64,000 nt of DNA from Candidatus Bathyarchaeota archaeon (GTDB taxonomy: Archaea; Thermoproteota; Bathyarchaeia; Bathyarchaeales; Bathycorpusculaceae): contig CAVZPM010000002.1 of the NCBI GenBank assembly GCA_963777155.1, positions 11,658-75,657 of the forward strand, read 5' to 3'. Shown piece by piece: positions 9,474 to 18,743 of this stretch. Position 1 is the first letter of the stretch. Each line of letters starts with the position of its first letter. The translations under genes were made by a program, and so were the position numbers. The notes under the pieces are model-generated. The model was not told the DNA's origin. It saw only the letters and a list, made by a program, of their open reading frames with translations, and did no database searches.

Positions 9474-10064
9474 TTGTCGCCTGAAAAAAAACCAAGACTT
9501 CCACCCGACCAAACAGTCACCGAACACATCTTGCGCTGGGGATATGACCATCCAGGCATAACCTCCACAAACCCGCAGCTAAAACTGGAAAACTACACCT
9601 TGACCATCGATGGCGAAGTAGAAAAACCAGTGACGATGAACTGGAAGGATTTTTTGGCGTTGCCGCAGTCGGTTTCAGTTAGTGATTTTCATTGTGTCGA
9701 AGGCTGGAGCGTGTTGGATTGTAAGTGGGAAGGCGTACGCATCCGAGACATAGAAAAACTTGTCAAGCCCAAATCGGTGGCGCGAGCAGTGTCGTTTGAG
9801 TGCGCCGACAACTATCTGACTTCGCTTTTCCGTGAGGAACTTTCAGGGGATGATGTGCTGTTAGCTTACAAACTGAACGGTGAACTGCTTGAGGAAGGTT
9901 TGGGAGCTCCTGTGAGGCTTATTGTTCCTAGTAAATATGCGTATAAGAGTGCACTCTGGGTGGTGCGTTTACGGTTTACAAGGAACAAAGAGTTGGGATT
10001 TTGGGAGCGGCGCGGATACAGTGACAACGCAGATGTATGGAAAAACGACCGTTTCAACCGCTAA
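9474..10064 (+). CDS. Molybdopterin-dependent oxidoreductase (sulfite oxidase/MsrP-like)
   Basis: RLPPDQ, DFHCVEGWS, WEGV, GAPVRLIVPSKYAYKSALWV, GFWERRGY. Confidence 0.9.
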   Translation: MSPEKKPRLPPDQTVTEHILRWGYDHPGITSTNPQLKLENYTLTIDGEVEKPVTMNWKDFLALPQSVSVSDFHCVEGWSVLDCKWEGVRIRDIEKLVKPKSVARAVSFECADNYLTSLFREELSGDDVLLAYKLNGELLEEGLGAPVRLIVPSKYAYKSALWVVRLRFTRNKELGFWERRGYSDNADVWKNDRFNR

Positions 10065-10065
10065 T

Positions 10066-10102
10066 CTGCAAGGTTAACTGTTTAGAATTAAACAGTTTGC
10101 AG
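10066..10102. terminator. Hairpin directly after the Mo-oxidoreductase stop codon
   Basis: ctgca-(aggtt)-aactgttta-gaat-taaacagtt-tgcag. Confidence 0.4.
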
Positions 10103-10219
10103 GCTACAATTGTTTATTGTTTACAATATTAATTTAGGATTCGCAAGCGATTTATAACTCAGGATAAAGTTTATAAGTGAAATCTCATATTTCGTTGGCT
10201 CTTCACGAGGTCGAAAAAA

Positions 10220-10360
10220 ATGTCGCAACAAGATCAAGAAAGACCGCAAGAAATAATCGCTGAAATTTCCGCTACTACAGCGGATGCAGGTAACTTAAAG
10301 GTCTCTTCAAAAAAACGAAAAGAAGACGCAAAACAAACACTATACCTAAAGAGAATGTAA
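10220..10360 (+). CDS. Small ORF, 46 aa (MSQQDQERPQEIIAEISATTADAGNLKVSSKKRKEDAKQTLYLKRM), below the ORF-track cutoff
   Basis: TTTATAAG TATA box at ~10170, GAGGT SD-like site, ATG 10220, TAA 10358-10360. Confidence 0.55.
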   Translation: MSQQDQERPQEIIAEISATTADAGNLKVSSKKRKEDAKQTLYLKRM

Positions 10361-10420
10361 AACCAACATAATCTATGTTAGGCGCTTTTAACTCTTTTAT
10401 ATTTGATTCTAACCGTCTAA

Positions 10421-10888
10421 TTGAAACAAGAGGAAAAACCCTTGAATTATACCGAAGCAAACCTTGGAAGAATCTTCATCCTCAGACTCCAACACAACGA
10501 AACACTCCATGAAGTCATAGAAGAATTCGCGACCCAAAAACAAGTTAAAAGCGCTCTCTGCTTTTTTCTAGGCGGTGCCCAAGACCAAAGCAAAGTAGTC
10601 GTGGGACCCAAAGACGGTGACGCAATGCCTCCTCAACCAATGGTGGCTCTCTTGAAGGGTGTCCATGAAGCATGTGGAGTAGGAACAATCTTTACAGATG
10701 AAAAAGGTAAGCCTAAGTTGCATATGCATGCGAGTTTTGGACGAAACGACAACTCAGTTACAGGTTGTGTGCGGTTGGGTGTGGATGTTTGGCAAATTGG
10801 TGAAGTGGTAATTTTGGAGTTAACGGGTAGCTCAGCTAAGAGGACAAGGAACAAGCAAACAGGTTTCGAGTTCTTGGAAACTAATTAG
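10421..10888 (+). CDS. PPC-domain / DUF296 putative DNA-binding protein
   Basis: GRIFILRL, E...VGTI, PKLHMHASFG, GC, GEVVILE. Confidence 0.88.
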   Translation: MKQEEKPLNYTEANLGRIFILRLQHNETLHEVIEEFATQKQVKSALCFFLGGAQDQSKVVVGPKDGDAMPPQPMVALLKGVHEACGVGTIFTDEKGKPKLHMHASFGRNDNSVTGCVRLGVDVWQIGEVVILELTGSSAKRTRNKQTGFEFLETN

Positions 10889-10891
10889 TTG

Positions 10892-12574
10892 TCAACCCAG
10901 AAAACGAACTAGAAAGAGCCTAAACCCTTTATTGTCTGCGAAGTCACCGAAGAAAGGTTGGTCTTGTGGGTCGCCGAACCTGTGAGTGTCGTAAATCATC
11001 GTTTGGACCTGTGCGTAATCTAGGGTTGTGTTGAAGAACGTTGTGTGGGGTCCCCAGTCGAAGAGTATTATGTATTTGACGTTGCGTTCTTGGCATAAAC
11101 TGACAAATTCAGTGATGTTGAAGTTAGGAGTGAAAGCATCAACCGCGAGTGAAGGGTACTGCCAGATTTGGTCGCTTGGCAAGTTCTTAGGTAGGTAGAA
11201 GCGGAACATATCTTGGTTAAGCAGGTTGAAGGCACAGACCAGTACAGCGGATTGGTTTTGGTTTAAATGCTCTGCCATATAGTTTGTTGCTTCTTGAATT
11301 GGGATATGAATCTGGTCTCTAATCGTCATCTGGTAAGCGTTATAGGTGGAGTAAGCAACCGCAGAAGCTATTATGACTATGAATAATAATGCTGCAAGCT
11401 TCTTCAAGCGATCAGCTTTGATGCCTACCTGTTTGGGCTTCCAGGCGCGGACAATGCTGTAGAGGAACATAATGAAACATGCGGCGGAGATGGCCAAAAT
11501 GGGGAAAAGTGGTGTTACATACCGCCATTGCCTGTTGGGGATAAGTGTAAAGAAAACATACACCACGATAAACCAGGTTAGGAAGAATATGTCCTGTTTT
11601 CTTCTTCGGTAAGCAAACAATCCCAATCCACATAATCCTAAAGCAAAGATGGGTAGAGAGATGGGGTGGACGGCTAAATCGTTGAAGGGCCAGACCATTT
11701 CAGTTAGGTAGTACACTGGGATGGGTTGGAAGCGATTGCTGTATGCAGGGCGATCCTGTCCTCCTTCACTCATAACGTACTGCAATGTTTGGAACTTGGT
11801 TATTCCATCGTAGTGGTAAATCATCACAAACCATGGCATTACAACCAAGACTGCGATAGCAAAAATCAGCAGGAACTTTGTTAAGTTAAGTTTTAGTCGT
11901 TTTCTGCCTAGAAACAGAATGCTCAGCATCATTGCCAACGCGGCTACAACGATCTGATACTTGGCTAATATGCCGATGCCTAAGGCTAAACCGCTATAGA
12001 TCAATGCGCGGTTGCTGTTATCCTTGCTTAGCCAGATGTAGAAGGCAAACATGACTAATGTAAAGAAGAAAATGAGCATAGTTTCCAGCATAGTGACTCT
12101 GGAGAGCCAAAAGAACCCAGGCATTGTGCCTAAAAGGACACTTGCGACTAAGGCGTTTTTTACTCCATAAGTTCGTTTGGTGAACTCGAAAAGCAGCCAA
12201 ATCGCCAACACAGAGAAAGTAACAGCGACCAGTCGCCCCGCAACCTCGTTGATGCCAAAAACGAGGAAGTACCCCGTTGTCACCAAGTCAAAGAGAGGTG
12301 GATAGTAGCCGTAGGTGGTCATATAATCCCATGTTTGCCCTCTAATTAGGAGTAAACCACCGTTGAGGTGGGGCATTTCATCCCACTGAACCGACATGTA
12401 ACCCAAATTGTACAAGGCAGAAGCCGCAAACACGATCAAGAAAGCAGCAAGCATTAATCTGTACTTGTGCTTTTTTACGAATCCCATTCTACTAAAAGCA
12501 GAATGTTCGCTGGTACTTGCGGTTTGGGTAATGGTTAGCGACCCCTTTTTAAACTGAGAATTAGTCGGCTGCAT
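10892..12574 (-). CDS. GT-C fold glycosyltransferase (ArnT/PMT_2 family)
   Basis: WDE in first loop, YYPPLF, FGINEVAGRL, LAKY, RYVTPLFP; many TM helices. Confidence 0.88.
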   Translation of the reverse strand: MQPTNSQFKKGSLTITQTASTSEHSAFSRMGFVKKHKYRLMLAAFLIVFAASALYNLGYMSVQWDEMPHLNGGLLLIRGQTWDYMTTYGYYPPLFDLVTTGYFLVFGINEVAGRLVAVTFSVLAIWLLFEFTKRTYGVKNALVASVLLGTMPGFFWLSRVTMLETMLIFFFTLVMFAFYIWLSKDNSNRALIYSGLALGIGILAKYQIVVAALAMMLSILFLGRKRLKLNLTKFLLIFAIAVLVVMPWFVMIYHYDGITKFQTLQYVMSEGGQDRPAYSNRFQPIPVYYLTEMVWPFNDLAVHPISLPIFALGLCGLGLFAYRRRKQDIFFLTWFIVVYVFFTLIPNRQWRYVTPLFPILAISAACFIMFLYSIVRAWKPKQVGIKADRLKKLAALLFIVIIASAVAYSTYNAYQMTIRDQIHIPIQEATNYMAEHLNQNQSAVLVCAFNLLNQDMFRFYLPKNLPSDQIWQYPSLAVDAFTPNFNITEFVSLCQERNVKYIILFDWGPHTTFFNTTLDYAQVQTMIYDTHRFGDPQDQPFFGDFADNKGFRLFLVRFLG

Positions 12575-12689
12575 CTAAAAAGAGTTTGCGATACCTCATA
12601 GAATGTAGCCTTCAGAACTTTTCAAGAAATACGCAATTCATTTATGGCAAAGAAACATTGTTTCCAGTTCAGGAAGGCCAGATTACCAG

Positions 12690-13415
12690 TTGAAACGAGG
12701 GGCATCTGACAAAGAAATTTCAATCTTACTGCCAGCCTACAACGAGGCAGCGCAGATTGAAGAGTGCGTGCTCCAAGTTGAAGCCGCCGTTCGCTCCTTC
12801 TCCAAATCATACGAGATAATCGTATCTGAAGACGGAAGCACCGACGGCACTGACCTAATCGTGGCAAAAATGGCTAAGCGTAACCCGAACTTGTTTCTAT
12901 TGCATTCATCTGCCAGGCTTGGAAAGGGCAAAGGCATCAAAAACGCACTCAGCTTCTCCAAAGGCAAAATCATCACATTTATGGATGTAGATTTAGCAAC
13001 GGATCTTGGTTGTTTGCCTACACTTCTGAGAGTAGTTAAAGAAAATGGTGGCATGGCAATTGGATCACGGCACGTAAAAGGATCAGTGGTACAGAGGCGA
13101 GCACCCCGAACTCTATTCAGTTTGACATACAACCTCTTCGTTAGGTTGCTGTTTCTTGATGGGATCCACGACCACCAATGTGGTTTCAAAACGATGAGCC
13201 GTGAAGTCGCCGAGGTGGTACTGAACAATTCAAAGTCAGACGGCTACTTCTTTGATACAGAAATGATTGTTCGCTGCAAAAAACTCGGCTACCCCGTAGT
13301 GGAGGTTCCTGTACGTTGGGCTGAAAGGAACAAGGGCGAATCCAAAGTTAGTCCTGTCAAAGACGCCAAGAAGATAGGACTCGAAATGTTGGCTTTCAGA
13401 TTCAACCGCAAATAG
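12690..13415 (+). CDS. GT2 dolichol/polyprenol-phosphate hexosyltransferase
   Basis: LLPAYNE, EDGSTDGT, GKGKG, FMDVDL, IGSR, DHQCGFK, FDTE, EVPVRW. Confidence 0.92.
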   Translation: MKRGASDKEISILLPAYNEAAQIEECVLQVEAAVRSFSKSYEIIVSEDGSTDGTDLIVAKMAKRNPNLFLLHSSARLGKGKGIKNALSFSKGKIITFMDVDLATDLGCLPTLLRVVKENGGMAIGSRHVKGSVVQRRAPRTLFSLTYNLFVRLLFLDGIHDHQCGFKTMSREVAEVVLNNSKSDGYFFDTEMIVRCKKLGYPVVEVPVRWAERNKGESKVSPVKDAKKIGLEMLAFRFNRK

Positions 13416-13421
13416 CAACTT

Positions 13422-14168
13422 TTACCATCTGCCAGTCGAACCGCCACCACCCGAACGACCCCCCCGAGATTTGCCGCCAAAAACCCCGCCAAAAACTCCC
13501 AGCAACGCAAGTACAACAATCAGCCAAAGGGGCATTCCATAGAAATTGTAGTCCCAGAACGGGGTTGGTGTCGGTGCTGGTTCTGAGGTGTCTTCATAGT
13601 AATAGTAGCCTCTAGTAGGCAGATTGTTGGGTTGATTGCTAGTTGGGATTTGCTCACCTAATGCGACAACTGTGTCGTATAATCCTTCGCCGTAATTGCC
13701 GTCTTGGAAGGCGGGAACCAGATATTTTTGGGCAATCAGGTTTGTTTCAATGTCGGTTATGTCTCCTTCTAAACCGTAGCCGACCTCTATCCGCCATTGA
13801 CGTTCGTCTAAAGCTACTAAAACCAACAGGCCGTTGTCTTTTCCGCTTTTACCGATGCCTGTTTGTGTCCCACTGTAAACGTCTAGTGGCATATCGTTAA
13901 AAACATAAACGCCCAGCTGGACGATATCGTTGATTTCTTGTCCTGTGCTGTCTTTGATGCCGTGTCCATAAAGGGATTGGAACACGCAGACTACGATTTC
14001 AGAAGTTGTGTTCGCGTCGATGTCATAAGCGTAACTTTCGATGCTGTCTACCCAACTAGAGTCAACGATGAATGCCTTGGATGGAAAAATAAAAAGCGTT
14101 GGTGACAACAAAAGAACAACAAAGATGAAAACGTAACTGCGTTTACCAAGCAAATCTTTCGTCCTCAA
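13422..14168 (-). CDS. TPM-domain (YgcG-like) membrane protein
   Basis: GIGKSGKDNGLLVLVA, RIEVGYGLEG, Gly-rich GGRSGGGGSTGRW tail. Confidence 0.92.
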   Translation of the reverse strand: MRTKDLLGKRSYVFIFVVLLLSPTLFIFPSKAFIVDSSWVDSIESYAYDIDANTTSEIVVCVFQSLYGHGIKDSTGQEINDIVQLGVYVFNDMPLDVYSGTQTGIGKSGKDNGLLVLVALDERQWRIEVGYGLEGDITDIETNLIAQKYLVPAFQDGNYGEGLYDTVVALGEQIPTSNQPNNLPTRGYYYYEDTSEPAPTPTPFWDYNFYGMPLWLIVVLALLGVFGGVFGGKSRGGRSGGGGSTGRW

Positions 14169-14172
14169 ACGC

Positions 14173-14755
14173 TTAAAGGTTCACTGCCGGAACCGCTGTG
14201 GCGCCAACTTGGGCTTGGAAATACGCCTTTGCGGTGTACCCCCACCCAGCGAGTCCAGAGGTTAGCGGGAAAAACTTGGATGGCAGTGTTGTAGCTTCTC
14301 ACTGCGTCGTTGAACCTTATGCGTTCAGTGGATATTCTGTTTTCGGTACCCTCCAAAGTTATCATCAACGATTGCACAACATCAGAGGCTTGAAGATTTG
14401 GGTATGCTTCAAAAGTAACAATCAGCGAGGAAATCCCCGACTCCATTGCACTGGTGGCACTGTTGATGGAGTCAAGATTGCCGCTTTGTTCAGCATTCAT
14501 CCATTGACTTCGAAGCGCAGTTATATTCTGCAGGATTGAGCCTTCATAAGTTATGTACGCCCTTGCGGCATCAACAACGTTGGGAATTAAGTCGTATCTT
14601 CTCTGGAGCTGGACATCTACATTTGCCCAAGCGTTCTCTGTAGAAGCGTTTAAGCCTACGATGTTGTTGTAAGTGACAAAATACAGCGCTGCAAAACTAG
14701 CAACCAAGATGACTACGATGATCGCAACTACAATAATAAGAAATTTAGCATTCAT
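14173..14755 (-). CDS. lemA: LemA family protein (one frameshift near C-terminus)
   Basis: YN, AWANVDVQLQRRYDLIPN, EAYPNL, ENRI..ER.RFN, FPAN; the true C-terminus (..YFQAQVGATAVPAVNL*) is in another frame. Confidence 0.92.
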
Positions 14756-14853
14756 AACTCTCACTTTATAATGCTAAATCGGGTTTCTTTCATATATTTA
14801 TTGCGAAGGCCGCAACCGAAAGGAGCTGAATTGGTGGATGGGCAATTGAATCT

Positions 14854-15513
14854 TTAGTAGCTCTTTATTTTTGCCATTCGCCTTAACCTGAGGAACTGTT
14901 GTTTCAGGTTAAGAATTGGCGGCACAGGCCGACCTTGAGGACTACAACGACCATCTACAATAGCTTCAGCAATAGCTTCAACACTGGGTTCAGCTGCCTC
15001 AATCTCGGTGTAGCTGAAACCGATTTGAGGACCATAATGGGCGTCTGTTCCAGCAACCCTCGCAAGCTTCAGGCGGTCAGCAGTTTCTTGTGCTCTTCTT
15101 ACACTGCGATTGAATGGAATAGCCCGTGCATTTATCACTTCGATAGCGTCAAAGGTTGCACAGACCTTCTCTTTTAGGCATCCTTTGAACAGGACATAAG
15201 GATGGCATGCTACGGCAACTCCTCCCGCCTGATGGATTCGCTCAACAGTTTCCACGGCGCTGTAGCCTTTGGGGATTAATTCGTGGATGTTTAAGGCGAC
15301 GATGTGCCCATCTGCGCTGGAAACCTCCATGCCAGGAATTATTAGAAAGTCGGTTTCTTTAGCGATTTTGTAGGCACCATCGAGTTGGTTGTGGTCGGTG
15401 ACGGCTACAGCGTTCAGCCCACGCTTCTTCGCATAATAAACGAGGTCTTTGGGGGTTATCAGTGAATCTTTCGAGTAGGTGGTGTGAACGTGGAGGTCAG
15501 CTCTTATCAGCAT
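14854..15513 (-). CDS. PHP-domain metallophosphoesterase
   Basis: DLHVHT, AVTDHN, GMEVS, GHIVAL, HPY, GTDAH. Confidence 0.92.
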   Translation of the reverse strand: MLIRADLHVHTTYSKDSLITPKDLVYYAKKRGLNAVAVTDHNQLDGAYKIAKETDFLIIPGMEVSSADGHIVALNIHELIPKGYSAVETVERIHQAGGVAVACHPYVLFKGCLKEKVCATFDAIEVINARAIPFNRSVRRAQETADRLKLARVAGTDAHYGPQIGFSYTEIEAAEPSVEAIAEAIVDGRCSPQGRPVPPILNLKQQFLRLRRMAKIKSY

Positions 15514-15523
15514 TTGTTAGCCT

Positions 15524-17227
15524 CTATTTTGGAGGTGCCTTAGCTCTTATCTGCGCCAACATTTCATCAAGTTTTGCTTCATCAGCATCGATTTTATGGA
15601 ACAGCGGTGTTGGCTTCGAGATTTTATGTCCTGCCTCTATTGGCTTTGTTGCGTCATTCCAGCTACTTTTACCTACGCTCTCGGGGAGATTCAGTGTCTG
15701 CCAAAGTTGCTGTGCCGTTTGGGGGATGAAGGGCTCCGAAATCACGGCGATTGCCTTTACCACTTGAGCGGCCACGTAGAAGATAGTGCCCGCTTTCTCT
15801 TTATCAGTCTTCATCAGGTTCCAGGGCTCCTTTGTGTTGAGATATTGGTTGCCTATGCGGCTAATCGCTATAAGCGTGTTTGCAGCCGATTGTAGCCATC
15901 CGTCTTCGATTTCTTTGGCAGCTTGCTCAACCTTCTCTTTCACAGTTTGCAACACGGCTTCATCGTCTTTGTCAAGCTTCATCGGAGCTGGGATTTGCCC
16001 ATCGAACTTGCTGTATATGAAGCTAAGTGTCCGATGGATGAAGTTGCCGAATGTATCGTTTAAGTCAGCATTGATTTTTTCAGTGAACGCAGTCCATGTG
16101 AAATTGGTATCCTTGCTCTCGGGTCTTGTAGCTATAAGGAAGAATCGCCAATAATCTACTGGGAACATTTCTAGGGCTTCATCAATCCATATGCCAACCC
16201 TCTGGCTCTTCGATGCTTTCTGACCACGGAACTGGAGGAATTCAGTGGCGGAAACGTTCCATGGCAAATTATAACCCTGTCCCGAAGCCAAAAGGAGCGC
16301 TGGCAGAATGATTGTATGAAAGGGGATATTGTCTTTGCCTACAAAATAGAGGGTTTTCGCATCTTTATCAAACCAGAACTCGCGCCACTTCTCAGGCTTC
16401 CCCAAACGTTGGCACTGCTCAATAGTTGCAGAAACGTAACCTAAAACGGCATCGACCCAAACGTAGATGGTTTTGCCCTCTGCTCCTTGGAAGGGAGCTG
16501 ATATACCCCATTCAACGTCTCGGGTGACCGCACGGGGTTTTAAGCCCTCTTTTATCCAGTTTAAGCTAAAATTCTTGACGTTAACTGGCAACTGTTTGTT
16601 ATCTTTCAAGAATTGGGTTAATTGCTCGGAGAGTTTGGAGAGGTCGATATACCAATGCCGGGTGGTCTTAACGGCGGGCTTGCTTTTACAGATGACGCAG
16701 TATGGGTCAACCAAAGCGGTGGGTTCCAAGAGCTTGCCGCAGCTGTCACATTGGTCACCCCTAGCTTTCTCACACCCACAATAGGGACATTTTCCTTCCA
16801 CGAAACGGTCGGGCAGGAAACGCTGGTCATGCTCACAATAAAGCATCTGGGTGTCTTGAGCAAAGATATAACCATTCTTCTGTATCTCCAACAAAGTCTT
16901 CTGAACGAATTCCTTGTGGATTGGGCTCTCGGTGCTAGTGTAGTTGTCAAAGGAAGCATCCCATCGCCGGAAGAGTTCAGTCACTTTGGCGTGGTTGCGG
17001 TCGGTCAAAGCCTTGGGTGTAATACCTTGTTTTATAGCCTCCACTTCAATGGGTGTGCCGTGAGTGTCGGAACCGCTTACCATCAACACATCGCTGCCTT
17101 TTAGCCTGTAATAACGGGCTGTAACATCAGCGGACAGGACCGAACCAACAAGATTACCAAGATGTGGCGTGACATTGATGTAAGGCCAAGCAGATGTAAC
17201 TAAAACTTTTTCGGGCAAAGGTATCAT
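15524..17227 (-). CDS. metG: Methionine--tRNA ligase (no C-terminal Trbp111 domain)
   Basis: TSAWPYIN..PHLGN, GSDTHGTPI, Zn-knuckle CxxC motifs, YVWVDA, GKDNIPFH, KASKS. Confidence 0.96.
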   Translation of the reverse strand: MIPLPEKVLVTSAWPYINVTPHLGNLVGSVLSADVTARYYRLKGSDVLMVSGSDTHGTPIEVEAIKQGITPKALTDRNHAKVTELFRRWDASFDNYTSTESPIHKEFVQKTLLEIQKNGYIFAQDTQMLYCEHDQRFLPDRFVEGKCPYCGCEKARGDQCDSCGKLLEPTALVDPYCVICKSKPAVKTTRHWYIDLSKLSEQLTQFLKDNKQLPVNVKNFSLNWIKEGLKPRAVTRDVEWGISAPFQGAEGKTIYVWVDAVLGYVSATIEQCQRLGKPEKWREFWFDKDAKTLYFVGKDNIPFHTIILPALLLASGQGYNLPWNVSATEFLQFRGQKASKSQRVGIWIDEALEMFPVDYWRFFLIATRPESKDTNFTWTAFTEKINADLNDTFGNFIHRTLSFIYSKFDGQIPAPMKLDKDDEAVLQTVKEKVEQAAKEIEDGWLQSAANTLIAISRIGNQYLNTKEPWNLMKTDKEKAGTIFYVAAQVVKAIAVISEPFIPQTAQQLWQTLNLPESVGKSSWNDATKPIEAGHKISKPTPLFHKIDADEAKLDEMLAQIRAKAPPK

Positions 17228-17358
17228 CAACAAATCGTTTGGTGCCAACCTTATTAAAATTGCTATAACACTTGAACACACAGTTATCGCAAAGAAAGGA
17301 AACTGTTTGGTAATGCTTAAATTGTGAAAAAGTGATAGCCGTAACTTGAGGTTTCACT

Positions 17359-18429
17359 TTGCCTTATTGTCGTAGATGCGGCACAAAACTTGATGAGGAT
17401 GCGCATTTCTGCCATAAATGCGGAACCCCCGTCTCCACATACAATTATGTCTCTCCTCCTACGTCAGCTCCGTTGAAACCGATTAGAAAAGACCCGGTAG
17501 TCATTGCAGCGATTGTGTTGGTTTCAATTCTGGTCGTAGGTGTTGTTGTCGCAGCCTTGTTTACCACACCGTTCATTAACGTAAGTATTGGACAAACCTA
17601 CCAAGATAACACCGCAGACATTAACAAGTTAAACTTTAACTTTGAATCTAATCAGGCACAAGTTAATGTTTTCACCATAGATATGAACAACAATAATTTT
17701 GTAATTGAGATCCAGGGATCAGCTGCCAAAGGCATGTCCGGCGGCAACAGCGACAGCCCGATACAATTCACCCTCTACAATGATACCACAAACGGAGTCC
17801 AAACGGTTACAATTAAGCTTGAGGAGTCAACCACTTTTTCCAGATACAAGGTAGTTTGCAACATATACGTTAACCCTGCTTTGACCATAAACCTAAACAT
17901 AACGTCGAAAGCAGGCCAAGTCAGCCTCACCAACGATAAGCCCACAACTTTTGAGTCCATAAACCTGGAGGCGTCAGCTGGAGCTGTAGGAGCAAACCTC
18001 CAAAACGCGACTGTCACAGGGAATGTTACTCTTAGAACTCAAGCGGGAACGGTTGATTTTCGGACAAGCCAAATAGTTGTTGAAGGAAACAACACCATCG
18101 ATCTACATTCAAACGCTGGATCTATAAACATGGACTTAACACAGACAAAGACTCTTCAAGGAAACCTTCAGGTAAACGCTACCGCTGAATTGGGCTCAGT
18201 AAACGTTGGCCTCTCTATAGATGGTGCTGTCGGAGCAAAAATCATCTCACAAACCACCTTAGGAAGCATTCATACAAATCTTCAGCATTTCTCAGGCAAC
18301 CAATCCCTCCTACAATCAGACAATTACCCTACAGCAGGAAACATTGAAATAAACAACCGGACAAACTTGGGTAATATTGACATAAACGCTATTTACCAGT
18401 CAACATCTAGCCCCTACTTGAGAAACTGA
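17359..18429 (+). CDS. Zinc-ribbon + TM + DUF4097-like beta-repeat extracellular protein
   Basis: N-terminal CRRCG...FCHKCG, one TM, repeated S/T-x-x-G-x-V/I strands. Confidence 0.75.
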   Translation: MPYCRRCGTKLDEDAHFCHKCGTPVSTYNYVSPPTSAPLKPIRKDPVVIAAIVLVSILVVGVVVAALFTTPFINVSIGQTYQDNTADINKLNFNFESNQAQVNVFTIDMNNNNFVIEIQGSAAKGMSGGNSDSPIQFTLYNDTTNGVQTVTIKLEESTTFSRYKVVCNIYVNPALTINLNITSKAGQVSLTNDKPTTFESINLEASAGAVGANLQNATVTGNVTLRTQAGTVDFRTSQIVVEGNNTIDLHSNAGSINMDLTQTKTLQGNLQVNATAELGSVNVGLSIDGAVGAKIISQTTLGSIHTNLQHFSGNQSLLQSDNYPTAGNIEINNRTNLGNIDINAIYQSTSSPYLRN

Positions 18430-18488
18430 GTTCTTTAAGCCCTAAAAGTTTAAAACTGTGCTCAAACTTTCTAGAAGCTAAAGATAAG

Positions 18489-18737
18489 GTGAATTTTTTG
18501 GCAGAACAAAAAAAGATAACACTCCAAGAGCTTCAACAGAATAATGGTAAAAACGGTAAACCGGCTTACATCGCCTACCAAAATAAAGTCTATGATGTTT
18601 CAGAGAGCAGTTTTTGGATGGAAGGCGACCACATGGGCATGCACGATGCTGGCAAAGACTTAACTGAGGAACTGGAGATGGCGCCACATAGAGACGAAAC
18701 CATTAAACGAATAAAGTTCGTAGGCGATCTAGTCTAA
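18489..18737 (+). CDS. Cytochrome b5-like heme/steroid-binding domain protein
   Basis: NGKNGKPAYIAYQNKVYDVS..W..G.H...HDAGKDLT......PH. Confidence 0.9.
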   Translation: MNFLAEQKKITLQELQQNNGKNGKPAYIAYQNKVYDVSESSFWMEGDHMGMHDAGKDLTEELEMAPHRDETIKRIKFVGDLV

Positions 18738-18743
18738 AGACCT

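Noticed and set aside
12737-13228. Long antisense ORFs (also 7415-7849, 16622-17104, 41665-42066 and others)
   Set aside because: Shadow frames of well-supported genes on the opposite strand
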